A stretch of DNA of 64,000 bases from an uncultured Granulosicoccaceae bacterium (GTDB lineage Bacteria; Pseudomonadota; Gammaproteobacteria; CALCKW01). The position numbers were made by a program, and so were the translations under genes. Below the pieces are notes generated by a model, which saw only the letters and a program-made list of their open reading frames with translations, made no database searches and was not told the origin of the DNA. Location of the stretch: NCBI GenBank assembly GCA_937925815.1, contig CALAMQ010000014.1, forward strand, positions 2,169 through 66,168, read 5' to 3'. Within the stretch, counting starts at the first letter, position 1; every line of letters starts with the position of its first letter. Shown here one piece after another: positions 8,622 to 23,070 of this stretch.

Positions 8622-9722
8622 ATGAAACTCTCTCTTTCCCGCGAAGAATTGCTCACGCCCTTGCAACGTGTCATCGGTGCTGTCGAAAAGCGTCAGACAA
8701 TGCCCGTGCTCTCGCATGTACTGGTTTCCTTGCAAAACGGCACCTTGTCGTTGACCGCAACCGATCTCGAAATCGAACTGCGCGACGCAGTTGAAGGCGT
8801 GATGGGTGATGACAGTGAAACCACCTTGCCCGCGCGCAAGTTGCTCGACATTTGCAAGAGCCTGCCCGATGGCGCTGAAATCACCCTGTCTGTGAGCGGC
8901 AACAAGGCGACAGTCAAGGCTGGCCGCAGTCGGTTTAACCTGACAACCTTATCCGCTAGCGAATTTCCGCGAACCGATACCTTGCAAGACCCTGTGAGCT
9001 TTTCGTTGCCACAACGTGGGCTTCGAAGCGCGTTGCAGAAAACGGCTTTTTCAATGGCCCTGCAGGATGTGCGGTACTACCTCAACGGACTGCTGCTCGA
9101 ACTGGCACCGGGCAACCTGCGCGCTGTGACAACGGACGGACATCGACTTTCCCTCAGTGAATACCCGGTGGATATCGCTGTCGATGCACAACACCAAGCC
9201 ATCGTGCCGCGAAAAGGGGTGCAAGAATTATTGCGCCTGCTTGCCGATGATGACGGTGACGTCAGCGTAGCGATGACAGCAAATCACGTGCAGTTTTCCC
9301 TCGGAAATTTGCAATACACCTCGAAGCTGATCGATGGTCGCTTCCCGGATTACCAACGCGTGATGCCGGCAGACAACCCTCGCGTGGCCACCATTGACCG
9401 TGAAACGTTGCGCCAAGCGCTCACACGTGTGGCAATCCTCGCCAATGAAAAATACAAAGGCGTGCGCCTGCAATTCGGGGAGGATGTGTTGACTGTGCAG
9501 ACACATAACCCCGAGCAGGAAGAGGCTGAAGACACGATTGCGATTGGTTTCAGCGGGGACGCGATTGAGATCGGATTTAACGTTGGCTATGTGCTCGATG
9601 TGTTGCAAGCCATCGAATGTGACACGGTGTTGTTCAAGCTCAGCGACGGCAACAGCAGTTGTTTGGTGACTGCCGCTGACGACAACAACCACCGTTACGT
9701 CGTCATGCCCATGCGGCTATGA
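8622..9722 (+). CDS. dnaN: DNA polymerase III beta sliding clamp
   Basis: 366 aa, MKLSLSREELLTPLQ…, ending …YVVMPMRL. Confidence 0.95.
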   Translation: MKLSLSREELLTPLQRVIGAVEKRQTMPVLSHVLVSLQNGTLSLTATDLEIELRDAVEGVMGDDSETTLPARKLLDICKSLPDGAEITLSVSGNKATVKAGRSRFNLTTLSASEFPRTDTLQDPVSFSLPQRGLRSALQKTAFSMALQDVRYYLNGLLLELAPGNLRAVTTDGHRLSLSEYPVDIAVDAQHQAIVPRKGVQELLRLLADDDGDVSVAMTANHVQFSLGNLQYTSKLIDGRFPDYQRVMPADNPRVATIDRETLRQALTRVAILANEKYKGVRLQFGEDVLTVQTHNPEQEEAEDTIAIGFSGDAIEIGFNVGYVLDVLQAIECDTVLFKLSDGNSSCLVTAADDNNHRYVVMPMRL

Positions 9723-9730
9723 CGCGCTGA

Positions 9731-13295
<3,565 letters not shown>

Positions 13296-13299
13296 AACC

Positions 13300-15321
13300 A
13301 TGACCCAATCTGTTCGCCGTCTACCCGATTTCACAGCCATTGACCCACCTGCAATTGCCGGTGCGCTGGAGGCCTTGCTTGAATCGACGCAGGGGAAAAT
13401 CGATACCCTGTGTGACGTGCCAACGCCCAATTGGGTCAATTTCGTGGAACCGTTTACTGACGCCTGTGACGCAGTAGACCGTTTTTGGTCGCCAGTAAGC
13501 CACCTCAACGCGGTCATGAGCTCTGATGCACTGCGAGATGCGTACAACGCCGGGTTGCAAACCTTGCAAGCCTTCTACACCGACCTTGGCCAAAACCGCG
13601 CGTTGTTTGACCAGTACCGCGCCATAGAGGCCTCCGAGGCGTACAACTCTTTCAGCGTCGATCAACGCGTTGTCATTGACAAGGCGCTGCGGGATTTCCG
13701 TCTGTCAGGTGTTGATCTGGAGGGCGAGGCCAAAGCTCGGTACCGGGATGTCAGTCTGCGAATGAGCGAGTTGGGCAGCCAGTATCAAGACCAACTGCTC
13801 GACGCGACCAATGCCTGGTCACTGGTACTCGAAGACGACTCTCGGCTCGCCGGCTTGCCTGACCACAGCAAGCAGCTGCTTGCGCAGATGGCAGAGCACA
13901 GCGGAGAGGGGGCTTACGTCGTCAATTTGCAAATGCCAAGCTACATTGCTGTCATGACTTACGCAGATGATCGTGCACTGCGTGAGTCGGTGTATCGGGC
14001 CTACAACACCCGAGCGTCAGACCAAGGGCCAAACGCAGGTCAATGGGACAATGGTCCCGTGATCGATGAATTGATTGCACTGCGCACCGAAAAGGCGGCC
14101 TTGCTCGGCTTCAGCAATTACGCCGAACTGTCGCTTGCCACAAAGATGGCCAAAAACGCAGACGAGGTGACCGGATTCCTGCGTGACTTGGCGCAGCGCA
14201 GTCGCGGCTTTGCCGAGAGCGAGCTGAACGAGCTTCGCAAATTTGCAGCCGCAGCTGGACTCGAGGGTGATTTGCAACCCTGGGACACCGGCTACTACGC
14301 AGAGAAGCTCAGGCTGCAAAAACACGCCTTCTCAAGTGAAGAACTCAAGCCCTATTTCCCAGCTGACAAAGCAATCGCAGGTTTGTTTGCTGTCGCCAAG
14401 CGACTCTTCGATGTGTCGATAGAGAAAGTCGATGGCGCTGCGAGCTACCACCCGGATGTCGACCTTTATCGCATCAGCCGAAATGGCGAGGAAATCGGTA
14501 ACTTTTATTTTGATTTGTACAGTCGCCCGGAGAAGCGCGGTGGCGCTTGGATGGCAGGGTGCGTCGACCGCAACCGCGTTGGAGACACCGTGCAATTGCC
14601 AGCCACGTTCATGGCGTGCAACCTCACGCCGCCAATCGGTGACGCGCCGGCGTTGTTTGATCACCAGGAAGTCACCACGCTGTTTCACGAGTTTGGGCAC
14701 GGTCTGCATCACATGCTGACCCGGGTCGACAATGCGGCGATTTCGGGGATCAATGGCGTCGAATGGGACGCTGTGGAATTGCCGAGTCAATTCCTCGAGA
14801 ACTGGTGTTGGGATCGCGAGTCGCTCGATGTCATTGCCGGTCACCACGAAAGTGGTGAGCCCATTCCGGATGATCTGCTGTCGCGCGCACAAGCGGCCAA
14901 GAATTTCGGCGCTGGGTTGCAGATGCTTCGACAGATTGAATTGGGCTTATTCGACATATTGATTCACAGCGGCTCCACGGATGCTGCGGTTGATGTGCAA
15001 GGCGTTTTAGACGCTGTGCGCGCCGAGGTGTCATTGATCCACCCGCCGGTGGACAACCGTTTTCAGTGCGGCTTCGCGCACCTCTTTGCCGGTGGGTACG
15101 CGGCGGGCTACTTCAGCTACAAGTGGGCAGAGGTGCTCTCAGCTGACGCCTTTTCGCGCTTTGAAGAAGAGGGCATTTTCAGTGAATCGGCCGGCACGGC
15201 GTTTCGTGAGGAAGTGTTGGAGCGCGGCGGTTCGCGGCCAGCGATGGCGTCCTTTGTGGCCTTCCGCGGACGCGAGCCCAAAGTTGACGCACTGTTGCGT
15301 CACAACGGCCTTGCCGCCTGA
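13300..15321 (+). CDS. prlC: Oligopeptidase A (M3 family zinc metallopeptidase)
   Basis: HEFGHGLHH zinc motif. The start is trimmed to MTQSVRRLPDF, which aligns with the PrlC N-terminus. The track ATG at 13264 overlaps the gyrB 3' end. Confidence 0.88.
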   Translation: MTQSVRRLPDFTAIDPPAIAGALEALLESTQGKIDTLCDVPTPNWVNFVEPFTDACDAVDRFWSPVSHLNAVMSSDALRDAYNAGLQTLQAFYTDLGQNRALFDQYRAIEASEAYNSFSVDQRVVIDKALRDFRLSGVDLEGEAKARYRDVSLRMSELGSQYQDQLLDATNAWSLVLEDDSRLAGLPDHSKQLLAQMAEHSGEGAYVVNLQMPSYIAVMTYADDRALRESVYRAYNTRASDQGPNAGQWDNGPVIDELIALRTEKAALLGFSNYAELSLATKMAKNADEVTGFLRDLAQRSRGFAESELNELRKFAAAAGLEGDLQPWDTGYYAEKLRLQKHAFSSEELKPYFPADKAIAGLFAVAKRLFDVSIEKVDGAASYHPDVDLYRISRNGEEIGNFYFDLYSRPEKRGGAWMAGCVDRNRVGDTVQLPATFMACNLTPPIGDAPALFDHQEVTTLFHEFGHGLHHMLTRVDNAAISGINGVEWDAVELPSQFLENWCWDRESLDVIAGHHESGEPIPDDLLSRAQAAKNFGAGLQMLRQIELGLFDILIHSGSTDAAVDVQGVLDAVRAEVSLIHPPVDNRFQCGFAHLFAGGYAAGYFSYKWAEVLSADAFSRFEEEGIFSESAGTAFREEVLERGGSRPAMASFVAFRGREPKVDALLRHNGLAA

Positions 15322-15505
15322 GTCACGGGATCGCAAACGCAATTCGCCTGTCATTCACGCCAGGTGAGGTGAGATTTGGCGCGGCCTGAGTCGGTAGTAA
15401 AATCGACACGGCGCGCCGGTGCGTGGATAGAGTGCACCGTCTCCACACACTGAACCCGACGGTTGTTCCGGTGTCTGCCACTGAGCCTCCCTGAGTCAAA
15501 TTCCA

Positions 15506-16969
15506 ATGCACTACACCGATTTACGCGATTTCATAAACCGGCTTGAGTCCATGGGTGAGTTGAAACGCGTCTCTGCGCGCGTTGACCCCAAATTGGAGAT
15601 GACCGAAGTGTGCGATCGGTTGTTGCGCGCCGGTGGACCCGCGGTGTTGTTTGAGCAGCCCACTGGGCACGATGTCCCGGTACTTGGCAATTTGTTTGGC
15701 ACACCTGAGCGCGTCGCCTACGGCATGGGCGAAGACTCAGTGGAGGCGCTTCGGGAAGTGGGCAAGTTGCTCGCGTTTCTCAAGGAACCCGATCCGCCCA
15801 AAGGGCTTAAAGACGCATGGCAAAGCTTGCCCATTTTCAAAAAAGTGCTGGATATGGCGCCCAAACGCGTGCGCCACGCCCCTTGTCAGGCCGAGCAGTT
15901 CGCCGGTGATGAAGTCGATCTTGCGCGCTATCCCATTCAGACTTGTTGGCCGGGTGATGCCGGGCCACTGATCACCTGGGGTTTGGTGGTCACCCGTGGC
16001 CCGACCAAATCACGGCAAAACATGGGCATCTACCGGCAGCAGGTGATTGGACCAAACAGGGTGATTATGCGGTGGCTTGCACACCGTGGTGGTGCGTTGG
16101 ATTTTGCCGAGTGGTGCCAAGTCCACCCGAACACACCGTTTCCTGTGGCTGTTGTGCTCGGCGCGGACCCCGCAACTATTCTCGGTGCGGTGACACCGGT
16201 GCCAGACAGTTTGGCTGAACACGCCTTTGCGGGTCTGCTCCGGGGCGAGCGTACCAAGCTTGTCAAATGCATTGATTCTGATCTCGAGGTGCCAGCCAGC
16301 GCGGAGATTGTGCTCGAGGGCCATCTCACACCCGGTGACAACGCAGATGAGGGCCCATTTGGGGATCACACTGGCTATTACAACGAAGTCGATCAGTTTC
16401 CAGTCTTCACCATCACGCGTATCACACAGCGTGACAAGCCGATCTACCACTCAACCTACACCGGACGTCCACCGGACGAACCCGCTGTGCTCGGCGTGGC
16501 ACTGAATGAAGTGTTTGTGCCGATCTTGCAAAAACAGTTTCCAGAGATCACGGACTTCTACCTGCCTCCAGAGGGATGCAGTTACCGCTTGGCGGTTGTG
16601 AGTATCAAAAAAGCCTACGCCGGCCACGCCAAGCGAGTGATGATGGGGGTGTGGTCATTTCTGCGCCAGTTCATGTACACCAAGTTTGTGATTGTGGTGG
16701 ATGACGACATTGATGCCCGCGAGTGGAAAGACGTGATCTGGGCGATGACGACGCGGGTCGACCCAAGCAGGGACATTACCCTGATTGATAACACACCTAT
16801 TGATTACCTTGATTTCGCGTCACCAGTGTCGGGCTTGGGTTCGAAAATGGGCTTGGACGCAACCAACAAATGGCCGGGCGAGACAACGCGCGAGTGGGGT
16901 GAGCCGATTCGGATGTCAACCGAAGTTCAGGCCCGTGTGGACGAGCTCTGGGAGTCGCTTGGACTCTGA
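15506..16969 (+). CDS. ubiD: 4-hydroxy-3-polyprenylbenzoate decarboxylase UbiD
   Basis: 487 aa, [22 protein letters not shown]…, typical UbiD N-terminus and length. Confidence 0.93.
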   Translation: MHYTDLRDFINRLESMGELKRVSARVDPKLEMTEVCDRLLRAGGPAVLFEQPTGHDVPVLGNLFGTPERVAYGMGEDSVEALREVGKLLAFLKEPDPPKGLKDAWQSLPIFKKVLDMAPKRVRHAPCQAEQFAGDEVDLARYPIQTCWPGDAGPLITWGLVVTRGPTKSRQNMGIYRQQVIGPNRVIMRWLAHRGGALDFAEWCQVHPNTPFPVAVVLGADPATILGAVTPVPDSLAEHAFAGLLRGERTKLVKCIDSDLEVPASAEIVLEGHLTPGDNADEGPFGDHTGYYNEVDQFPVFTITRITQRDKPIYHSTYTGRPPDEPAVLGVALNEVFVPILQKQFPEITDFYLPPEGCSYRLAVVSIKKAYAGHAKRVMMGVWSFLRQFMYTKFVIVVDDDIDAREWKDVIWAMTTRVDPSRDITLIDNTPIDYLDFASPVSGLGSKMGLDATNKWPGETTREWGEPIRMSTEVQARVDELWESLGL

Positions 16970-17062
16970 TTCAGGCTGGGCACCTGAAGCATTGGCTGCG
17001 CGTTGCTCGTGCAGGGAGAATTTACCCCTATCCTGTGACTGTCTCTCAGTCACCGTGCCGCT

Positions 17063-18414
17063 ATGTCTGACTCGCCCAACCTCACCACCGACAGCATCCG
17101 CCCGCTGATTGTGCGCGTTGCTGTGCCCGCTGCGGTGGGGAACCTATTCAACGTGATGTTCAACGTCGTCGACAGCTGGTATGCAGCGCAGTTGTCGACC
17201 GATGCACTCGCTGGACTGTCACTGTCGTTTCCGCTGTATTTTGTGTTTGTGGTGCTTGGTGCCGCTGTCGCTGCCAGTGGTGGCGCGTTGGTTGGCAACG
17301 CACTCGGCGCTGGGGAACGTGAACGAGCCGGTTTGTGGTGTTACCAATTGATCGCGTTGTCTCTAGGTTTCAGTGCCGTGATCATGGTTTTTGGTCTCGT
17401 TGGCACCTCAGCCGTTTTCAGTGCCATGGGCGCCGAGGGCGCTTACCTCGCGGCTGCCAATGACTACATACAAACGCTCTATCTCGGCGCGCCGTGCCTG
17501 TTATTGCCTTTTGCGATTAACGCAGGGCTGACCTCACAAGGCAAAACGACGGTGTTTCGCAATGTCTTGGTGGTCGGCTTTTTTGCCAACCTCGTGCTCA
17601 ATCCGTGGTTTATTTACGGCGGCTTGGGGTTGCCTGCGATGGGGGTGCGTGGCATCGCCCTGGCGACGTTGCTGGTGCAGGGCTTGGGTGCGTTTATTTG
17701 TGGCTGAATTTGCGCCACAGTGGCTTGGTTGAGCGCTTCTGGAGCGCTGCACTTTGGCCCAATGCCGCTATGTTGCGTGAATTGGTCGTGCAAGCTCTGC
17801 CGCTTGCGGCAAGTCTCGGGTCAATTGGTGCGTTTTTCTTCATGGCCAACGCCTACATCAATGACTTTGGCCCGGCTGCTGTAGCGGCCTATGGCATTGG
17901 TCTTCGAATCGAGCAGTTGGTGTTGGTACCGGCGATGGCGATCAATCACGCAGCGCTTGCGCTGGTTGCCAATAATGTCGGAGCCGGGCTGACTGATCGG
18001 GTCTACGCGAGTTGGCGACACTGTATCGTGATGAGCGCGGTGTTACTGAGCGTCGGCGGCGTGTTGATACTTGTCTTTGGCAGTACGCTCATGAGCTGGT
18101 TCACCACTGATCAAACCGTCGTGCGCTATGGGGTTGGCTACTTGATGATCGAAGCCTTTGCCCTGCCGGCCTATGCCTTCATTCACACCAATGGCGGTGT
18201 ATTGCAAGGTGTGAAGCGGCCGCAGGCTGTGATGTGGGTCGGTATGGCGCGGTCTCTGGTCTTACCCGCGATTGCCTTGCCGCTGATGATTGAATGGGCG
18301 GAATTTGGGATCAACGCCGTGTGGTGGATGATTCTGGTGCTGGCTTGGGGCAGTGCATTGGCGTTGCACTGGCACACAGCGCGGGTGTTGCGTGAGCGTT
18401 GCGCCGCGCTGTGA
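17063..18414 (+). pseudogene. MATE family efflux transporter (NorM/DinF-like) interrupted by a +1 frameshift near 17640-17705
   Basis: ORFs 17063-17707 and 17605-18414 are the N- and C-terminal halves of one MATE protein of about 450 aa. The first frame ends …GLGAFICG* while the overlapping frame continues …VYLWLNLRHSG… This is either a true pseudogene or a sequencing indel. Confidence 0.6.
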
Positions 18415-18461
18415 TGGCGATGCCGCGGTGACCTAGCACGGTCACCGCGAGGTTTCGCAGC

Positions 18462-19631
18462 TCAAGCCAGGGCGAGGGCAAGTCCGCGAGAGAGGTGAGC
18501 GATGGCGTTCTCGGTGTCACCGTTTTGCCGCGCCACGTCGGCTAGGCCTTGTTGCGCCGCTGGGCTGTCAGCGAGTGCAGCGGATTGCTCAAGGTAACTC
18601 TTGGCTTTACCCCAGAGCTCTTGTCGCAAGCAAAGCGTGCCGGCGGCGGTGAGCAGAGTCGCGTTGTTCTCATTGGATTTAAGCAATGACTCGACTCGGC
18701 TGAGTTGGCGTGCGCTGTCGGCACCTGACAAGTTGCCATATAGCGCGATCAAGTTGTCATCGAGATGCCGATTGAGGTTGTCGCCAATAACGCGTTCTGC
18801 GGTACCCATGTCATTGAGTGCAATTAAACGCTGTGCATAGGCTGCGATCGCCTTGGGGTTATCCCGGGTCGACGCGGGCAGGCTCTTCCAAATTTTTGTG
18901 GTGGCGGCGTCTTCGCACTTGGCGAATGTGGCTGCGGCCGTCTCTGCTTCAATGTCGGACAGTTCGGCGGCGGGCAGAACCTCGTGCTTTCGCAGATCAC
19001 CCAGCATGTCCAGTAATTGGTCGTGCTGGCCGGCGCGCTGCAGGGCACGTGCACGCAACCGTTGCGCAACGAGATTGCGCGGGTCGTTGGCGCCAATTTC
19101 CTCAAGCGTTGCCAGGGCACCTTCGTGGTCGTCGGACTCGAGCTGAATACCCGCTTGTGTGAGCCTTAGCGCTTTTGACGCAGCTGGGCTGTCAGTGACG
19201 GCTTTATCGATGTACGCATCACGTTGCGCTTGATCACCGCGTGCATTGGCCGCGTGGGCCGCCGAAATATAGTGAAGCGTGGCTTGAGGACCGGCTGGCA
19301 TGTCCTTTATCAGCACGCGTTCGGCGCGAGCAAATCGCCCCTCGGCGAGATCGACGGTGCCATCGACCAGTCGATTCAACGAAGCATCTTGTTGGCGACG
19401 GGTCATGATTTGGCCGAATCGCCGTGGTGCGTTGAACAACCAACCGAGCAATCGAACGATCAAATACAAGCCGATGAAACCCACTAGCGCAACCAGCGCG
19501 ACGATAGCCAACGGGCCGTCATAGGATGCCCCCATGAACTCTGCGCGAACCAAGCCTGCATCTTGTTGCAGAAACACGGCCGCCGCGATAACGATGGCGA
19601 CAATAACCGCCGTGATCAATATGGCCCTCAT
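18462..19631 (-). CDS. hemY: HemY-like TPR membrane protein, last gene of the hemCDXY cluster
   Basis: Two N-terminal TM helices followed by TPR-like repeats. Collinear with E. coli HemY, and its start overlaps the hemX stop by 4 nt. Confidence 0.8.
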   Translation of the reverse strand: MRAILITAVIVAIVIAAAVFLQQDAGLVRAEFMGASYDGPLAIVALVALVGFIGLYLIVRLLGWLFNAPRRFGQIMTRRQQDASLNRLVDGTVDLAEGRFARAERVLIKDMPAGPQATLHYISAAHAANARGDQAQRDAYIDKAVTDSPAASKALRLTQAGIQLESDDHEGALATLEEIGANDPRNLVAQRLRARALQRAGQHDQLLDMLGDLRKHEVLPAAELSDIEAETAAATFAKCEDAATTKIWKSLPASTRDNPKAIAAYAQRLIALNDMGTAERVIGDNLNRHLDDNLIALYGNLSGADSARQLSRVESLLKSNENNATLLTAAGTLCLRQELWGKAKSYLEQSAALADSPAAQQGLADVARQNGDTENAIAHLSRGLALALA

Positions 19632-21028
19632 GATTTGTCCCCAATTTTCTGGTTGGTCTCGACCAGTAGACGCAGAGCCGTACCAAGTTGCTCTGCCCGG
19701 GGCACAACACTGATCTCGGCGAGAAGGTCGAGTTGATTGATGAATGATTGCGTGTCGGTGTGTTCAGTGTCGAACAGGGAATTGACACGGCTGCGTGCAT
19801 TGCTCATGTGAGTGTCGAAGCCGTCTTGATCACGTCTCATGGCAGACAGTTGCGCGGCTTGTAAATTGAGGCGAACAAGCTCGGCGTTGGTGCTCTCAGC
19901 TTCGGAGGGTGCGAAAATGCCATCTTGTTCTGAACCAAATTGTTGCCCGCTTGACGTCTTGATACTGACATTTTGCTTCAAGCTTGCGAGTAAGTTTGCA
20001 GCGAGTTTGCCAAGGCCGTTGTCATCGGTGTCAGCAACTTCTGTGTCGGGTTGCTCACTCTGCGGTGCATCTTGATCAGCTTCTGGCGTGTCATTGCCCG
20101 GCATGCGCAGGTCAGACGCCGCGCGCGACAGGGCGCGGATATCGATGATGAGCTGTTCGATATCGGGCTGGCTCGCACTGCGTAACTCGGTGATTTCAGC
20201 ACTGATTGCGCGCTGCACGGGCAGGTATTCCACTTCAGCGAGCACTTTGAGCTGTTCTTTGGATGCTTTGAGCGCCTCTACAGCTGAATTGGTGTCTCCC
20301 GCCAAGACCACCCGATGAACCGCTGTGCGCAACAGGTACTCAATTTCACTGAGCAGCCACGCACGCTGATTGCGGTTAATTTTCATCTGGGTTTCTTGGA
20401 GGCTGTCGTTGAGTTCTCCGGTTCTCGCCTCGACTAAGCCAGTGAGTTCATCGCTTCGTGTCTCCAGCCGTGAGTCGAGCTCAGTGGTGCGCGATTCCAA
20501 CGCGCCAGCCAATTCATTCGAACGGTCTTGCAACGCCTGACTGAGTGCGTTGTTACCGCCCTCAATCGACGCGATCAACTCCGCAGTATTGGTCTCTATG
20601 GTTTCACTGTTATTTTGAATGCTGGCGAGCGCATTTTCTAAGGTCGAGCTCATGTCACTGGAGCCCTGCTCCAGAGCGTCGGCCCGATTTACAAGTGCGG
20701 TACTTGCGGCGCTGAGTTCATCCGCTTTTGCATCTAATGCATCGAGCTTGCCGGTAAAGGCGTCGCTCATATCGGCCATGCCACTTTCAACGTCAGCTGC
20801 GGCCGTGTCGAGTTTGCCGCTGACGTTCTGCTGCAGTTGGCTGATCTGGCTGCTCATTGCGTGGTGTGTGTACCAAGCACCACCAATGCCTGCGAGTGCG
20901 AGCGCGAGCGCGACCAGTGTCAAGCGGTTGTCTTGTGAGCCACCACGGTCTCCGGCGGTGGCTGGCGTTGCGTCACTTTTGGCACCCGAAGTTGCAGGCG
21001 CTGGAGGGGCTGTGTGCTTACTCTTCAT
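19628..21028 (-). CDS. hemX: HemX-like membrane-anchored coiled-coil protein
   Basis: Pro/Ala-rich N-terminus, one TM helix (LTLVALALALAGIGGAWY), then long coiled-coil repeats. Located between hemD and hemY. Confidence 0.7.
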   Translation of the reverse strand: MKSKHTAPPAPATSGAKSDATPATAGDRGGSQDNRLTLVALALALAGIGGAWYTHHAMSSQISQLQQNVSGKLDTAAADVESGMADMSDAFTGKLDALDAKADELSAASTALVNRADALEQGSSDMSSTLENALASIQNNSETIETNTAELIASIEGGNNALSQALQDRSNELAGALESRTTELDSRLETRSDELTGLVEARTGELNDSLQETQMKINRNQRAWLLSEIEYLLRTAVHRVVLAGDTNSAVEALKASKEQLKVLAEVEYLPVQRAISAEITELRSASQPDIEQLIIDIRALSRAASDLRMPGNDTPEADQDAPQSEQPDTEVADTDDNGLGKLAANLLASLKQNVSIKTSSGQQFGSEQDGIFAPSEAESTNAELVRLNLQAAQLSAMRRDQDGFDTHMSNARSRVNSLFDTEHTDTQSFINQLDLLAEISVVPRAEQLGTALRLLVETNQKIGDKS

Positions 21029-21041
21029 TATCCCATTGTCT

Positions 21042-21791
21042 CTAAAGGGGTAAACCGGCCAAAGCGTGGAGCTGTCCGATGTCGCCGGCGGGCATGGCCA
21101 CGCTGATCGTGCCGTAAAAACCCCGCAACTCGGCGTGCCGTTGGTTGCGTGGACTGTTGACGATTAGTGTGGCGCCGAGCAGCTGCGATCGAATGGCGTC
21201 TCCGGCTAGTGTAACAAGGTTGTCCAGCGCCTCGTCACTGCCGCAAAGGATCACGTCTACGTTTTGTAACAGTGCACGCGAGTGTTCAAATTCTGATGCA
21301 GTGGGGGATCTGCGGCGGTAGACGATGTGCTCACACAGCTGCGCGCCCCGGGCTCGCACGGTTTGCGCGATCAGATCTCGGCCACCCTCGCCGCGCACCA
21401 AAACCACTTGTTTGCCTGTCAGAGCCTGTAGCGTTGGGTGTTTCAGCAATTGTTCGGAGTCAGATTGTCCAGCGCCGAGCGGTTCGACGTCATGACCCAG
21501 GCGGGTCAGTGCGCTTGCTGTAGCAGCGCCGATTGCGACAATTGCCGCGCCTGACTGTCGAAGTTGGTCGAGCGAGCCAAGCTGATTAGCGTAGGTTACG
21601 GCGTTTTGACTGATGAAGATTGCGATGTCGCAAGTCCCAAGTGCGGCCGTATCCTGGGGCGAGGTCACCGGGGTTTCGATCACCAGAGTGGGGCATCGCA
21701 GCGCGGTGTGTCCGAGCTCGCGGACTCCTGCCACCAGTGATTGTGCTTGCTGTGCCGGGCGGGTGATCAGTACCCGCAGCGGTCGCGTCAT
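21042..21791 (-). CDS. hemD: Uroporphyrinogen-III synthase
   Basis: 249 aa, [12 protein letters not shown]…. Its start overlaps the hemC stop by 4 nt. Confidence 0.85.
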   Translation of the reverse strand: MTRPLRVLITRPAQQAQSLVAGVRELGHTALRCPTLVIETPVTSPQDTAALGTCDIAIFISQNAVTYANQLGSLDQLRQSGAAIVAIGAATASALTRLGHDVEPLGAGQSDSEQLLKHPTLQALTGKQVVLVRGEGGRDLIAQTVRARGAQLCEHIVYRRRSPTASEFEHSRALLQNVDVILCGSDEALDNLVTLAGDAIRSQLLGATLIVNSPRNQRHAELRGFYGTISVAMPAGDIGQLHALAGLPL

Positions 21792-22741
21792 CCGTTCGAC
21801 CCGTGCCGACCAGGCTGCATGCCGAGCTCTCGAAGCAGCGCATCTGCTCCGTCGCTCAAGAGCGATTCTGCCAGGGCAGTGCCGAGCGCATCGGCCTCAT
21901 CTCGCGGTCGGGAACCGGCGGCCTCATAGTGTTCTCCGCCGCCCGGTCGCGCAACACTGCCACGTTGGTGCAGGGTGTTGCCCTCCAGTGTGGCGTAGCT
22001 TGCGATTGGCACTTGGCAGCCGCCGTCGAGTCGCCGATTCATCGCGCGTTCGGCGATCAGGCACACAGCCGTGTCAGCGCAGTGTAGCGGTGCGAGCAAT
22101 GCGGCAATCTCGCTGTCTCCTGATCGGGATTCAATGCCAATGGCTCCTTGCCCGACAGCCGGTAGACAAACGCTGGGGTCGAGCCGTTCGCGGATTCGGT
22201 CGCCGAGGTCGAGGCGGTCTAAACCTGCACACGCGAGGATGATGGCGTCATAGTCACCGGCGTCGAGTTTCGCCAAGCGGGTGTTGACGCTGCCGCGCAG
22301 CATGCGGACATCGAGATCGGGTCGAGCAGCTCGGACAGCCCCTTCTCGGCGCAAGCTGCTGGTGCCAACGACCGCGCCCTCTGGCAACGCGGCCAACGCG
22401 TCGTGTTCAGGGCTGACAAAGGCGTCGCGCGGGTCTTCTCGTTTCAAGATCGCCGAGAGCTGGAATCCAGCTGGCAGCACCACTGGCACATCTTTCATCG
22501 AGTGCACAGCAATGTCAGCTCGCCCGTCTTGCATGGCCACTTCCAGCTCTTTGACAAACAGCCCCTTGCCACCAATTTTTGCAAGTGGGCTGTCCAAGAG
22601 CTTGTCGCCCTGGGTCACAAAGGTGACCAGCTCGACCTCGAGACCAGTGTGTGCCTGGCGCAATAACGCGGCCACGTGTTCGGCTTGCCACAACGCGAGC
22701 GGGCTCTTGCGAGTGGCGATGCGAAGAACGGATTGAGTCAT
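21788..22741 (-). CDS. hemC: Hydroxymethylbilane synthase (porphobilinogen deaminase)
   Basis: Trimmed to [23 protein letters not shown], the family N-terminus. The upstream 45 codons of the track ORF are discarded. Confidence 0.92.
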   Translation of the reverse strand: MTQSVLRIATRKSPLALWQAEHVAALLRQAHTGLEVELVTFVTQGDKLLDSPLAKIGGKGLFVKELEVAMQDGRADIAVHSMKDVPVVLPAGFQLSAILKREDPRDAFVSPEHDALAALPEGAVVGTSSLRREGAVRAARPDLDVRMLRGSVNTRLAKLDAGDYDAIILACAGLDRLDLGDRIRERLDPSVCLPAVGQGAIGIESRSGDSEIAALLAPLHCADTAVCLIAERAMNRRLDGGCQVPIASYATLEGNTLHQRGSVARPGGGEHYEAAGSRPRDEADALGTALAESLLSDGADALLRELGMQPGRHGSNG

Positions 22742-22902
22742 GCGGGCTGCCGGTTGGGAAATTGGGTGCGCGGGGTTCGCAACCCTGCTTTTTATCAAAT
22801 ACAACAACACAACGCGATGTTTTTTCCGGTGAACAAACCCTGATTGGGTCTCGTCTGTGAGGTCGGCGGTGTACACTTGACGGGAACAGTTTGGAGAAAC
22901 CG

Positions 22903-23070
22903 ATGCGTGTTTTCATCGCCGCTGCGCTGACCAGCGTAGTGGTTTTTGCGCTGGCGGCGTGTGGTAACAAAGGCGCGCTTTACCTACCTGACGTGTCGCG
23001 TGACAACCCGGTGTCTGTCAATGACACGGACGAGCGCGAGCGAAATGATCGTGAGGAATCATCGCAGTGA
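22903..23070 (+). CDS. lptM: Small lipoprotein LptM/YifL-like, 55 aa
   Basis: [55 protein letters not shown]. The lipobox is LAAC followed by GNKGALYLP. It sits directly upstream of lysA-dapF as in E. coli and Pseudomonas. It is below the 60-aa cutoff of the ORF track. Confidence 0.6.
   Translation: MRVFIAAALTSVVVFALAACGNKGALYLPDVSRDNPVSVNDTDERERNDREESSQ

Noticed and set aside
8395-8622. 75-aa ORF in the dnaA-dnaN spacer
   Set aside because: It spans the DnaA-box cluster and the AT-rich tract. The product is low-complexity (…LLYISTVLIIITIFLNIYRYI), so the region is better explained as an oriC-like or regulatory DNA segment.
17605-18414. 269-aa ORF treated as an independent gene
   Set aside because: It is the C-terminal half of the frameshifted MATE transporter that begins at 17063, not a separate gene.
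21788-22876. N-terminal extensions on track ORFs (hemC; also hslU 31930, polA 51461, phhB 41375, fpr 61268, cysH 62120, ubiE 36821, SDR 43224, dctP 49440, prlC 13264)
   Set aside because: Each extension precedes an internal Met that matches the conserved family N-terminus. The extensions are non-conserved, often overlap an upstream gene, and some cross promoter regions.
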